A DNA stretch of 64,000 nt from Felis catus (Eukaryota): positions 135,782,001 through 135,846,000 of the forward strand of contig NC_058368.1 of NCBI RefSeq assembly GCF_018350175.1. The letters run 5' to 3'. A program made the position numbers and the translations under genes. The notes beneath the pieces are model-generated. The model was not told the origin of the DNA and did not search any database. It was given only the letters and a program-made list of their open reading frames with translations. Shown piece by piece: positions 1 to 12,880 of the stretch. Each line of letters begins with the position of its first letter. The stretch's first letter is position 1.

Positions 1-1689
1 TCTCTGTCTCAAAAATAAATAAACGTTAAAAAATATTTTTAAAAATAAAAATAAACAAATAAATAAAAAACACAGCTGTTCAAAAACAAACTCACTGCCC
101 TCCCACTCCCACCCTAGATCTATCTCATCCTGAGTCCTCTAGTTCTGCAAACGTTTCAACCATGCTCCAAAACACCCAGGTCCAAAACTTTGGGATTTCT
201 CTTTTCCTTGACCCCTTCAGATGCCAAGATGTCTAGGCGCACAAAATCTCCTGAAACCATATCCTTTGGATATTAACTTCACAGCCCTGGCTGGATTTCT
301 TATTACCTCTTCCAGGTGAAACCAATAGTCCCCAAGTCATCCTATACACTGCTGCTCCAAGCACAGATCCAGAGATGCCCCCCCTCTTGCCCTAAAACAT
401 TCCATGGCTCCCATGCCATAAAGTGTCACCCTGTTATCTACGAGACTCATTTTTACTTCACATGTCAGCTGTCACTGCTTCCTGGACATGTTCTGTGCTT
501 CCATTAAGAAGGACTGCACCGGGGTGCCTGGGTGGCTCAGTTAGTCAAGCGTCCGACTTCAGCTTGGGTCATGATCTCTCTGTGGGTTTGGGCCCCACAT
601 TGGGCTCTGTGTTGACAGCTTAGAACCTGGAGCCTGCTTCAGATTCTGTATCTCCTTCTCTCTCTGCCCCTTCCCAGCTTGCACTCTGTCTCTGTCTCTC
701 TCAAAAACAAGTAAACATTAAAAAAAAAGGACTGCACCTGTGCCCAGTCCTCCTCAGGGCAATCAGTCACCTTCAAGTCTGCTGGTGCTCATCTCCACGC
801 CAGGAACGCTGACTCCTCTGTAGTCCCCCGCAGCTCATGACAGCCACTCCCCCCAGCAGCCCTCCTGACACCCCTGAGCCAGACGTGATCTCTGAGCTTT
901 CCTAGCTCTGTGTTGTACCTTTTAATTTTTTTTAAGTCTTTATTTATTTAAGTAATCTACACACACAACACGGGGCTTGAACTCATGACCGCTCTCACAG
1001 AAGACCCAGGCAGGCATCCCTGTACCTTTTTAATAGTCCTTTTTCCTGACATGTGTATTGCACACGCCCCTACAGTAGCTCGATGTATCCTTAACTCACT
1101 GACCTGTTCAAAGAACGGTGACAGACCGAAATGAAGAAACAGACTCCTGCCCAGAAATCTTGGACTAGAAGCATCCACACCCACTAGCCTGATACTTGCC
1201 CTAGCAAACACAATGGTCAAACAGACACCCAATTCCTGTCAGGCTTGGCAAAGAGGAACTAACTTGAGCCCTCCCTGGTGAACAATGGCCTGCTACACAA
1301 CACTGCAGCATTATGTTTTTAAACTTTTTATGAAAATAATTTTAGATTTACAGTAAGTTGCAAAGATAGTGCAGAGCTCCTGTATACCCTTTGCTCACAC
1401 TCCTCTAATGTTAACATTTACCAAAATTAACAAGTTAATATTGACACATGGAATTAACTAAACCACAGACTTTATTGGGATTTCCGCAGTCATTTCTACT
1501 GATGTCCTTTTTCTGGTGCTGGACACGTATTTTTAAGGCTCAATACTAATAGGAAAAAATAATAAAGGAGGAGAGGGAAAAGGCAGAAACAGATTCTTTC
1601 AAACCTATTCCTTTTTTTTTTTTTTTTTTTTTTTTAACGAGACGAGACCATTAAACTAGCGTTTAGGGGAAAAAAAGCAGCCAGTGGGC

Positions 1690-2420
1690 CAACTTGTACA
1701 CAACCTGCCGGGTTTGCACGAATCTGCGCAGCCCGGGTCCCGGGTCCTCCCCACTCGCCGTTCCCACCAGCCCTGCCTGACCACGCGCCCCCACAACGCC
1801 CGTCGCGGGGACCCGACCAGGGGACCGGACCAGGGAATCCCGCCCGGCGCCCAGGACCCCCACCGCCCTCGCGCCCCACCTGGCGCGCTCACCTGGCGCC
1901 GAGCCTCTCCGCCGCGCGCGTCGCCGCCCTCCAGCCACGTGACCACGCGCGCCGCCGGGACCAGAAGGAGGGGCGAGGCCGCCGGAGCCGGACCCCGCTG
2001 GTTTGGTCAGCTGCCTGCGTGAGCTGGTCGGTTGGCGCGGGAGATGTTAGCTCCGTCCGGCTGCAGAGCCTGGGGTTTGCCCCCTACGAGCCACCGAATT
2101 AGAAATGTTAGCGCGGAGACCGAGAGACACAACAAGACCGCGGGCTCTCAGGAAAGGTGAAAATGAGATGGTGCAAACATGAAGTGTGTAGGGGGTAAGG
2201 GACCGAGGGATCCGAGCTGAGTCAGTTCAGCGGCGCAGGTGGACCGGGAAAGTAGGCTTTCCGTACTGAGAACGGAGGAGGGCTTTACGGGCGAGAGGAA
2301 CTTCTGGGGCAGAGGCGTGGCTGTGGGAGGGAACAAGAGTGGGGCGGAAAGAGCTGCCACTGGAACTGATTCCATGGATTACTAGAGGCGGGCCCTGCCC
2401 TCCCCCCCCATCCCCCACCC
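1690..2420. promoter_or_regulatory. CpG-island promoter, probably of the neighbouring minus-strand gene CCDC125
   Basis: Very GC/CpG-rich. E-box CACGTGAC at 1936-1943 and GC boxes (GGGGCGG near 2341). Gene identity is inferred only from the mammalian order CCDC125-AK6/TAF9-RAD17; no coding sequence of it is in the window. Confidence 0.75.
1893..2050 (-). other. Putative non-coding first exon of the CCDC125-like gene (5' boundary approximate)
   Basis: Minus-strand consensus donor CCAG|GTGAGC (exon ends 1893) inside the CpG island; second donor CCAG|GTGGGG 13 nt downstream. Confidence 0.5.
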
Positions 2421-2732
2421 TCCAGAACGTTCAGAGTCTGTAGTGATGAGGGAGCGTGTGGCAAGCTGAGGGCTATAACAGCGCGCACACACATACCCTC
2501 ACACACCCTCCAAAGTGGGATATGTGTGATACTCCTCAGATGCCCATGGCTACCCAAGACCAAAGGAAAGGAAAGCAAATGGTTGACTGATCACAGTCAT
2601 GCAGGACAGGAACCTCCTTCATTTTACAGATAACTTAGTAAACTGCAAGGAAAACACAATCTTATCCATAGTCTAATCTCCAGAAACCTATAGACTCCGT
2701 TTCCTGGAGCCTTAATATCACCCTCATCAAGA

Positions 2733-3330
2733 TGAAGGGGTTTCAAGTGCTTGCCATGGTGATGTGGGAAACAAAGGCAAATGAAAAATTCCCGTATTGG
2801 TTACGGCCCACTGACAAATCCTTGAAGCAGGCAGAGTGACCTTCTTTTAGGAGCTCAGCTGCCTCAATGATGGTACTTTGCTGGGGATAAAAGGGAATCT
2901 TGCTTAACATTATCCTGCCCCCTGCCCCTAGGATCCTGTGAGTCTTCTTAAACACATAGAAATTCCTTTGCAAACCTCTTTTATCTTCCCCCCCAAGTAT
3001 ATGTTGGCAATTATACTCCAAGCATATGGCTCCTTACATATATTTGAAGGGTCTCATGTCTGAGGTTTTACTTAACAGTAATAAATGTTTTTCTAACAAC
3101 AGCTAGCCCCTCAAGGTCCTGGAAACCTTGCTTCCAAAACACTGTCCCTAACCCCATCCCAACCTGAAGGTATATAATCAGTCACTCCTCACAACCCCAG
3201 TGCAGCTCTTTCTGCCCACGGGTACTGTCCCCGTGCTTTAGTAAAATCACATTTTTTGCACCAAAAACATCTTCAAGAATTCTTTCTTGGCTGTCACCTC
3301 CAAACCCCGCCATCACTTGAAACCCCATCA
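2733..3330 (+). mobile_element. Solo ERV1-class LTR, about 600 bp
   Basis: TG...CA termini with a 16/17 inverted repeat (2733-2749, 3314-3330), TATA box TATATAA at 3171, AGTAAA poly(A)-like signal at 3240, 4-bp flanks AAGA/AATA. Confidence 0.75.
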
Positions 3331-3639
3331 AATAGCTTCAGTGCCTGGGTGAAATGATTTTGATAGTATTTCCTAATATCAACATAATCGAAATAACTTT
3401 GGCTGGATTTAAAGATTATTCTGGATTAGAAACAAACAAGTGAACCCTTCTTTGCCTTAGTAGACTTCTTTTATTCTTCCTCTTCTCCAGATTCAGCCCA
3501 TACTTCCCTTAACCACCCACTTCCCCCAAGTAAACATACCATACTTACATGGAAAACCAGACTTAGAACAAGATCAGTGCTCTGTGGATATTAGATGCTC
3601 AGAGATTTAAGATTATCTTAAGAGATTTAATGTATTTAT

Positions 3640-4009
3640 TTTATTTTTAATTTTTATTTATCTTTTTAATTTACATCCAAGTTAGCATATAGTACAACAT
3701 TGATTTCAGGAGTAGATTCCTTAATGTCCCTTACCCATTTAGCTGATCCCCCCTCCCACAACCCCTCCAACAACCCTGTTTGTTCTCCATATTTAAGAGT
3801 CTCTTATGGTTTGTCCCCCTCCCTGTTTTTATATTATTTTTATTTCCCTTCCCTTATTGTCATCTGTTTTGTATCTTAAAGTCCTCATAAGAGTGAATTC
3901 ATATGATATTTATCTTTCTCTAATTTTGCTTAGCATAATACACTCTAGTTCCATCCACGTAGTTGCAAATGGTAAGATATCATTCTTTTTGATTGCTGAG
4001 TAATACTCC

Positions 4010-4055
<46 letters not shown>

Positions 4056-5160
4056 CACTCACCCACATCTATATATACATACATCTATATATACATATAT
4101 ATAGATGTGGGTGAGTGTATATATATACGTATGTATATATATGTATATATAGATGTGGGTGAGTGTATATATACACCGCATCTTTTTATCCATCCATTGA
4201 TGGACATTTGAGCTCTTTCCATACTTTGGCTATTGTTGATAGAACTGCTATAAACATTGGGGTGCATGTGCCCCTTTGAAACAGCCTGTATCCCTTGGAT
4301 AAATACCTAGTAGTGTAATTGCTGGGTCGTAGGGTCGTTCTGTTTTTAATTTTTTGAGGACCCTCCATACTGTTTTCCAGAGTGGCTGCATCAGTTTGCA
4401 TTCCCATCAGCAGTGCAAAAGAGATCTTTTCTCTGCATCATTGCCAACATCTGTTGTTGCCTAAGTTGTTAATGTTGGCCATTCTGACAGGTGAGGTTGT
4501 ATCTCATTGTGGTGTTGATTTGTATTTCCTGGATGATGAATGATACTGAGCATTTTTTCATGTGTTGGTTGGCCATCTGGATGTCCTCTTTGGAGAAGTG
4601 TCTATTCATGTCTTTTGCCCATTTCTTCACTGCATGATTTGTTTTTTGGGCGTTGAGTTTGAGAAGTTCTTTATAGATTTTGGATACTAACCTTTTATCT
4701 GGTATGTCATTTGCAAATATCTTCTCCCATTCTGTCAGTTGCCGTTTAGTTTTGCTGATTGTTTCCTTCCCTGTGCAGAAGCTTTTTATTTTGATGAGGT
4801 CCCAGTAGTTCATCTTTGCTTTTGTTTCCCTTGCCTCCGGAGACATATTGAGTAAGAAGTTGCTGCAGCCAAGATCAGAGAGGTTTTTGCCTGCTTTCTG
4901 CTCAAGGATTTTGATGGCTTCCTGTCTTACATTGAGGTCTTTCATCCATTTTATTTTTGTGTATGGTGTAAGAAAGTGGTCCAGGTTCATTCTTCTACAT
5001 GTTGCTGTCCAGTTTTCCCAGTACCACTTGCTGAAGAGACTGTCTTTATTCCACTGAATATTCTTTCCTGCTTTGTCAAAGATTAGTTGGCCATATGTTT
5101 CTGAGTCCATTTCTGGGTTCTCTGTTCTGTTCCATTGATCTGAGTGTCTGTTCTTGTGCC
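3640..5160 (-). mobile_element. 5'-truncated carnivore LINE-1 (ORF2 C-terminus, 3' UTR, A-rich tail)
   Basis: ORF 4469-5110 ([24 protein letters not shown]...[18 protein letters not shown]) is typical L1 ORF2 C-terminus, broken by frameshift downstream. Approximate TSD AGAGATT(T)AAT(G/A)TATTTA at about 3621 and 5164. Confidence 0.93.
4012..4175. repeat. (TG)n microsatellite plus inverted and direct duplications inside the L1 3' UTR
   Basis: (TG)~20 at 4012-4052; 26-bp arm 4052-4077 is inverted at 4096-4121, and 4052-4080 is inverted again at 4141-4169. Confidence 0.9.
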
Positions 5161-6830
5161 ATTAGAGATTAATATATTTATAATTTTAAAGTCAATTTGT
5201 CTACTATTCTAGCATATTCAATAGCTTTGCAAACCAAAAATAGTTTTTCTTCACTTAAAACTTTGACCGATTTAAAATAGACTTCTTTAACCTTAAAAAT
5301 ATTTCAGAACTTTCCCACTAAAAATATTTTAACTCTGTTTTCTTTATCAGACTTCTCCAGAAAGCATAGATTTGAATGCATGCATATTAAATTTTTATTT
5401 AAAAAATGCATGAGTTTATTTTTTAAATATTTTTATTTATTTTTGAGACAGAGAGAGACAGAGCATGAGCAGGGGAGAGGCAGGGAAAGAGAGGGAGACA
5501 CAGAATCTGAAGCCAGCTCCAGGCTCTGAGCTGTCAGCACAGAGCCCGACGCGGGGCTCGAACTCACGGAGTGTGAGATCATGACCTGAGCCGAAGTCGG
5601 ACGCTCAACCAACTGAGCCACCCAGGCGCCCCTGAAAAAATGCATGAGTTTAAAGTAGGCTTTCATCACCCTTTATGTGCAATGCTGCTAAACTATTGCA
5701 TAATAAATGTGCGGTGAATCTCTTTAAAAAAACTTCTATCTACCAATTTGAGTACATTTCATTCTTTTCAAGTTTATTTATTTTGAGAGAGAGAGAGAAA
5801 ACACATGTGCACAAGTGGGGGAGCGGCAGAGAGGAAGAATGAGAGAGAATCCCAACCAAGTGCTGTCAGCCCAGAGCCCACCACGGGGCTCAGTCTCAAT
5901 CTCAAAAACCAAACCATTAGATCATGAATGGAGCTGAAACAAGTCAGATAGTTAACGGACTGAGCCACCCAGGTGCCCCAAGAGTATCATGTATATTTTA
6001 TATACAAATCTGTTTCATATGTGTGTTTACATTTCTCCTAATCTGTGGCTGCTGCTGTTCTTAAGTCTTTTTTTTAAGCAGGCTCCATGGCCAACCTGGG
6101 GCTAGAACTCATGACCCTGAGATCCAGTTGCGTGCTCTCCTGACTGAGCTAGTCAGGCCCCTCCAATATTAGGTGTCTTTTGAGAGGAAGAGTTTTAAAT
6201 TTTGAAGTCAAATTTATTGATTCTTTTTTCTTTGGTTTGTGTTTTTTGTGTTCTATCAGATAAATCTTTGCCTAATCAAAGACCACTAAAATTTCTTAGT
6301 ATGTTTTCATCTAGAAGTTTTATATATTTTAGGTTTTACACATAGGTCTCTGAGACATTTTGAATTAATACGGTATGTGGTTAAGTTTGAAGTTCACTTT
6401 TTTTTAATTTTATTAAGTAATCTCTACTTCCAATGTGGGGACTAGAACTCGCAACCCCAAAATCAAGAGTCTTCTGCTCTACCAACCGAGCCAGCCAGGT
6501 GCCCCGAGGTTCACTTTTTTGATATGTATACCTATTATTTGTCAAAAAGTTAGTTTCCCCATTGATTTTCCTTTTGCACCTCCATCAAAAATCGCCTGTA
6601 TAGGCATGGATTTCTTTCTGGACTCTCTTTTCTGTTACAAGATCTGATCTATGTGTCCCTCATTGTAGTATGCCACATTGTCTTGCTTTAGTCTTTATAG
6701 CAAATCTTGAAATCACGTACACCAGGGTTGTTTTTAACTTTGTTCTCCTGCTTCAGCATTGTTTGGTTACTCTAGCTCCTCCATGTTTCCATATAAATTC
6801 TAGAATCAGCTTAGCAATTTTTCTTTTTAT

Positions 6831-6932
6831 TATGGAACACTTCACAAATTTGCGTGGCATCTTTGTGCAGAGGCCATGCTAAAGTTCACTGTATTGTTCC
6901 AATTTTAGTGTATGTGCTGCCAAAATGGGCAC
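6831..6932 (-). pseudogene. Retroposed U6 snRNA pseudogene
   Basis: Reverse complement GTGCCCATTTTGGCAGCACATACACTAAAATTGGAACAATACAGTGAACTTTAGCATGGCCTCTGCACAAAGATGCCACGCAAATTTGTGAAGTGTTCCATA follows full-length U6 with many substitutions. ACAGAGA box is ACAGTGA; A-rich tail follows; no U6 promoter upstream (SINE/L1 instead). Confidence 0.93.
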
Positions 6933-6950
6933 TCAGCAACTTTTACTTTA

Positions 6951-7160
6951 AATTTTTTTTTTAACGTTTATTTATTTTTGAGACAGAGATAGAGCATGAA
7001 TGGGGGAGGGTCAGAGAGAGAGGGAGACACAGAATCTGAAACAGGCTCTAGGCTCTGAGCGGTCAGCACAGAGCCCGATGCAGGGCTCGAACCCACGTAC
7101 TGTGAGATCGTGACCTGAGCTGAAGTCGGATACTTAGCCGACTGAGCCACCCAGGCGCCC
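6951..7160 (-). mobile_element. CAN-SINE (SINEC_Fc type)
   Basis: Typical head GGGCGCCTGGGTGGCTCAGTCGG and CT-rich/AATAAA tail; 16-bp TSD AGCAACTTTTACTTTA at 6935-6950 and 7161-7176. Confidence 0.92.
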
Positions 7161-9864
7161 AGCAACTTTTACTTTAGAAGAGTATGCTGGCATTTTGATT
7201 GGGGCTGGATTAATAGATCAATTTGGGGAAAATTGTCATGTTAATAATATTGAATATTCGATATCATGAACATGGTTTATACATCTTTTTTGGATCTTTG
7301 ATTTCTTTCATTTGAATTTTCAGTATGCAGATCTTGCAAATATTTTGTTAGATTTAACCTAAGTAGGTCATGTTTTTGGTACTATCGTAAATGGTATTGT
7401 TCTAATCTTAATTTCCAATTGTTTGTCACTGCTATATGGAAATGCAGTAGTTTTTGTGTATTGGTCTTATATCCTGTGACTTTGTTAACGTCACTTATTA
7501 GTTCAAGTAGTTTTTGTATGGATTCTCTTTGGAATTTCTACATCGATTATCATGTTACCTGAGAATACCTTATTTTTTTCCTTACAGTTCTGTATGTCTT
7601 TTATTTATTTTCTGCTTAATGCACTGGTGAGGATCCCCAGGATGAGCAAATGATCACTTGGCTTTTTATTCGCTAGCCTCGTGTAACAAATTATATTTTT
7701 TTGAATCCTCCCTTCCATAATAATAAATTCCTTAGACAACAAACCTCTGAATGGATTTCAAGGGTCTTTGAGTCTTTGAAAAACATAAATATGTATATCT
7801 GTATTACTTCGAGGAAGTGGGTTCATAGCTTATATCAGACTGTCAAAGGGATTTATGTCATCAAAAGTGTTAAGGAACTAAATTTTAAATAAAAGCCTAT
7901 TTATACATATAAATACGTATATATAAATGATTTTCAGGATGTTGTTTTTCACTACTAAGAACTGGGATGCCTGGGTGACAGAGTTGGTTAAGCATCCGAC
8001 TCTTGATTTTGGTGCAGATCATGCTCTCACAGTTTATGAGTTTGAGCCTTGCGTTGGGCTCTCAGCTGACAGCGTGGAGTCTGCTTGGGATTCTCTGTCT
8101 CTCTCTCTCTCTCAAAATTATTTATTTTGAAAAAATAAATTAAAAAAAAGTTACTAAGAACCGTGATTCTTTTTTTACCTTGGACTCTCCCCACTCCATA
8201 GGAAAGGATAAATGCTTCTTGGCAGTTTTTACCCCTATGACTTTTTTTTCTTAAGATTTTTTAAAAAATGTTTATTTTTGAGAGAGATAAAGAGCAAGCA
8301 GGGAAGTGGCAGAGAAAGAGGGAGACAGAGGATCAGAAACAGGCTCCGTGCTGACAGCTGAGAGCTGATGTAGGGCTCAAACTCATGAACCCCGAGATCA
8401 TGACCTCAGCTAAAGTCAGACACTTAACTGACTGAGCCACCCAGGGACCCCTGACCCCTATGACTTTTTGTTAGAAACTAACAAATTTAAATGTTGGTAG
8501 GGATTGGTGGTAGAACATTCAAAAGAAATACAGATGAAGTGAGGCAAAATCCCTTTTAAACGCCCACAAAAATAAAAAATATACCAACAAGAGTGGGCAT
8601 AAGGAAAACAATCAGTGGTTATACATACTTCAAAGCTTGTTAAGGTACTCACGAGGAACAAAATATATCTTATTAAGAAGTCTTATTTACAGAAACATAA
8701 AATGATTTAAAATTTAGAATACTTTTTATCTCCTTAGGTTTGTTTTATTATTTTTTTATTAAAAAAATTTTTTTAATGTTTTTTATTTTTGAGACAGAGC
8801 ATGAGCAGGGGAGGGGCAGAGAGAGGGAGACATAGAATCTGAAGCAGGCTCCAGGCTCTGAGCTGTCAGCACAGAGCCCGACGTGGGGCTTGAACTCATG
8901 AACCGTGAGATCATGACCTGAGCTGAAGTCTAACGTTTAACCGAGCCACCCAGGTGCCCCTCCTTAGGTTTATTTTAAACCAATCTACTTAAGTTAAAAA
9001 CCAAACAAGTAGGTTGAATAAAACCAAAGACAAACAGTAAATGGGGTTATTCCTACAACCTTCTAATAATTGTAACAACATGTTAAAGCACTATCACTAG
9101 TTTCAAATAAAAACCTAGAGCTGAAATGAGTATATTAATATTTAATTTAATTATATTAATATTTAATTAATATTTAATTAAAATTCCCAAAAGGTGTATA
9201 GCTCTGTATTAGATTCCCTTTTAGATAATAATCTCACTTCTGTTGAAGGAAAATCTTTGAGTCAGTTTTACTGTTAAGCTAATTAGCAACCACTTGATAA
9301 TTTAGTGAATTCTAGTAATGAAAAAAACATTGTCTTCTCAAAACAGCCATTAATATTACTAAAAATAATAACAGTATGTGCCAAACACTGTTTATTTAAT
9401 CCTTACAATAGCCCTATGATGTAATTATCCTCATTTTATATGTGATTTGACTGGATAGCACCTATGTGCTATTATCTTAGTCTGAGTAATTCTCTTCTCT
9501 ATCTCTATACTCATTCTTCAAAGCCCTGCATCCTATAGCATTTATCCTTTTCTGATATTCATAGTAGGAAACAGTTATCTCTTTTATTCTCTATGTTAGA
9601 ATCTCCAGTAGGGCATTTGCCACAGTCTACCTGATTTGTCTAAAGGGTCCATTTGTATGTATATCTTCCTTGTATACTAGGTTATGATCATCTGAAGGTC
9701 AAGAACTTGAGGCTTTCCCCACCAGTTATTTGGTTGGAGTCTTAAATGTATATAATAGGCAATATGATTATTAAAATGAATGTACTAAATGTTCTTTGCT
9801 TACAATTTACTCAGGAATTTACTGGACAGATAAACTTACTCATGTGCCAAGTTCCATGTACATT

Positions 9865-10070
9865 AAGCAGTATAACTTAATGGGTAAGAGCCTGCTAAGA
9901 TAGACTCCTGACTCTGATACTTCCTAGCTGTGATCTTGACTGGGTCACTTCATTCTGTGCCCTGTTTCCATCACCTGTAATGGAAATAATAATACCTACC
10001 TCAGATGGTATCATGTGGATTAATAGAGTTCACTTTTGAAATGTATTTAAGAGTGCTTGGCATGTAAGAT
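9865..10070 (+). mobile_element. MIR SINE
   Basis: Core similarity CTTCCTAGCTGTGATCTTG...GTCACTT...TCTGTGCCCTGTTTCC...CTGTAATGGAAATAATAATACCTACCTCA. Confidence 0.75.
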
Positions 10071-10569
10071 ACATGTAATATATACATGTAATATACATGT
10101 TATTATTTCTTACCCTTTTTTTTTTAAGTTTATTTATTTTGAGAGAGAGCGTGTGAGCAGGAGAGGGGCAGAGAGGGAGAGAAAGAGAATCCCAAGCAGG
10201 CTCCTTGCTGTCAGTGCAGAGCCTGACGTGGGGCTTGATCCGATGAACCATGAGATCATGACCTGATCTGAGATCAAAAGTCAGAGGCTTAACCAACTGA
10301 GCCTCTCAGGTACCCTTCTTTCTTACCATTCTTGGCAATATTGTAATAGTAAAAAGCTGGAAACAACCTAAAAGTCTATCAGTAAGGGACAGATTAAACC
10401 AATCATAGCACTCCTATATGGACTTATGTGCAAACTTTAAAAAGATTAGGGATCCAGGGGTGCCTGGCTGGCTCAGTTGGAAGAGCATGTGACTTAATCT
10501 CAGGATCGTGAGCTCAAGCCCACATTGGATGTAAAGATTACTTAAATAAAACTTAAAAAAAAAAAATTA

Positions 10570-11320
10570 GGGATCCAAAGAAGATGACTAATAGGTACAT
10601 CAGTAGTCATCAGGGAAATGTAAATCAAGACTAATATGAAATATTACTATACATGCACAGGATGGCTATTAGATGAACAAGTGTTCATCTAGCAGGTACT
10701 GGCATGGATGTGGAGAAATTAGATCCCTACTACATAGACAGGGGGAGGGGAATGTAAAGTAATGCAACCATTTTGCAAAACAGTTTGGTCTTTTCGCAAA
10801 AAGTTAAACTCAGTTGCGAAAGGACCCAGAAATTTCCCTCTATACACAAGAATTAAAAACCTACATCTACACAAAAAACTGTATACAAATGTTCATAACA
10901 TAATTCATAAGACCCAGAAAGGATACAACCCAATTGTGCAAATGATGGAATGGATAAACAAGAGGTGGTACATACAGTGGAATATTACTTGATAAAAAGG
11001 AATCAGGTACCTACCAGTAGAGGCTGCAATATGGATGACCTTGGAAACAATATGCTAAGTCAAAGAAGCCAGACATAAAAGGCTACATATTGTATGATTC
11101 CATTTATATGAAATGCCCAGAATATGCAAAACCATACAGACAAAGTAAACTAGTGATTCCAAGGGGCTAGGAGAAGGGAAAAATGGAAAGTGACTGCTAA
11201 CAGTACTGGACTTTTTCTAGGTGGGGTAATAAAAATGTTACGTATGGAATTAGATAGTGATGGTTGAAGTATGATGATTACACAATCTTGTGAGTAGAAT
11301 AAAAGCCAGCTAGTTGTGCA
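10570..11320 (+). mobile_element. Old LINE-1 (L1M-type) 3' fragment
   Basis: Motifs ATGCTAAGTCAAAGAAGCCAGACATAAAAGGCTACATATTGTATGATTCCATTTATATGAAAT. Confidence 0.75.
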
Positions 11321-12368
11321 CTTTTTTTTTAAGTTTATTTTTTGGGTGAGAGTGCAAGTGAGCAGGGGAGGGGCAGAGAGAGAGGAAGAGAAAGAATCCC
11401 AAATAGGCTCTGTGCTATTTAGCGTGGAGCCCAATGTGGGGCTCGAACCCACAAAATGTGAGATTGTGACCTGAGCTGAAACCTAGAGTTAGACACTTAA
11501 CTGAGCCACCCACGCACCCAATTATGCACTTTAAAGTGACAGATTTGGGGCACCTGGGTGGCTCAGTCAGTTAATCGTCCAACCCTTGATTTCGGCTCAG
11601 GTCATGATCTCATTGGCATGAGATCGAGCCCCACCCCATGTTGGGCTCTGCACTGGGTGTAGATCCTGCTTGAGATTCTTTCTCTCCCTCTCTGCCCCTC
11701 CCCTGTGCTCTCTGATTTTTTTTGTTTGTTTGTTTTAAAGGTTTATTTATTTCTTTAGGGGGGCAGGGGCAGAGAGAGGGAGACACAGAATCCAAAGCAG
11801 GCTCTAGGCTCTGAGCTGTGAGCACAGAACCCAACGCGGGACTTGAACTCACAAACCGCGAGACCATGACCTGAGCCAAAGTCGGACACTTAACCGACTG
11901 AGCCACCCAGGGCCCCCATGCTCTCTCTTAATAAATAAACAAACAAGTAAATAAATAAAAATTTAAAAAAACACATAAAGTAAAATTTTATCTTAATTTG
12001 AAAGAATAGGGAGGTCTGTATGTTATGAGATGATATACTCTCCAAAATATATTAAATGAAAATAAGAAGATACAGAAGAGTGTATATGCTACCACATGCT
12101 TAAAGCAACTAAAGTACACAAACATACATACTTTGCAGGCATAAAATCTCTCTAAAAGAGACTTAGGAAACCAGAAACATTACTTCTTAAAGGGAGGGGA
12201 TGGCTGAAGAATAAGGGGTGGCCTGGAAGGGAAACCTACCTTTCCAGTATACCCTTTTGTACCTTCCAGTTTTTGTAGAGTATAAGTATTACCATTTCTT
12301 TGTGTGTGTGTGTGTGTGTGTGTGTTTATTTGAGATGGGGGGAGGGGTGAGGGTGAGCGGGGGAGAGG

Positions 12369-12418
<50 letters not shown>

Positions 12419-12874
12419 CTTCAGCAGACTGCACACTCAGCATGGAGCCCTACACGGGGCTCAATCCCATGACCCTGTGATCATGACCTGGGCTGAAATC
12501 AAGAGTCAGAAGCTCAACTGACTGAGCCGCCCAGGAGCCCCTGTGTGTTTGTTTTTTAAGCAAAGAAATAAAAATGAAAAACTCTGATGTTTTATCTTCA
12601 GTCTTAACTTTTACTTTAAGGGATCACTTTTACTTTATTCTGCAATGAACTTAAAAGATAGCCACCCATGTGGTCAGATTTATTTATTCTTTAGCTGTTG
12701 AAGCATTTAAAATGAACAGTTTTTACTATCAATCCTTAATGATATTATATATACTATACTTGAGACTTTTGCTTTCTCATGGAGAAAGAAAGCCCACACA
12801 TAAACCTTTAGGCCATCCATCTATTAGTCTTGCAGCTCAATTTTAATAAAAAAGCTTTACCGACAATTGGGCAA

Positions 12875-12880
12875 TTTATT
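12875..12880 (-). terminator. AK6: Candidate AK6 polyadenylation signal AATAAA
   Basis: TTTATT on plus strand about 55 nt past the AK6 stop; further AATAAA copies at 12679-12688 and 12634-12639. Confidence 0.55.

Larger units (their letters stand above)
6170..7640 (-). mobile_element. Old degraded LINE-1 ORF2 fragment interrupted by a U6 copy and SINEs
   Basis: T-rich antisense L1-like motifs (CCATATAAATTCTAGAATCAGCTT, TAGATCAATTTGGGGAAAATTG, TATATCCTGTGACTTTG). Boundaries approximate. Confidence 0.65.

Noticed and set aside
521..728. tRNA genes at SINE heads
   Set aside because: A/B-box-like heads are tRNA-derived SINE sequence followed by CT/A tails, not full cloverleaf tRNAs.
1634..2578. 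Overlapping GC-rich ORFs in the first CpG island
   Set aside because: Expected from stop-codon scarcity in GC-rich DNA; no recognisable protein.
4469..5110. 213-aa ORF as a host gene
   Set aside because: It is the ORF2 C-terminus of a 5'-truncated L1, with no promoter, endonuclease or RT domain.
6831..6932. Functional U6 snRNA gene
   Set aside because: Mutated ACAGAGA box, many substitutions, A-tail and TSD-like flanks, no PSE/TATA promoter.
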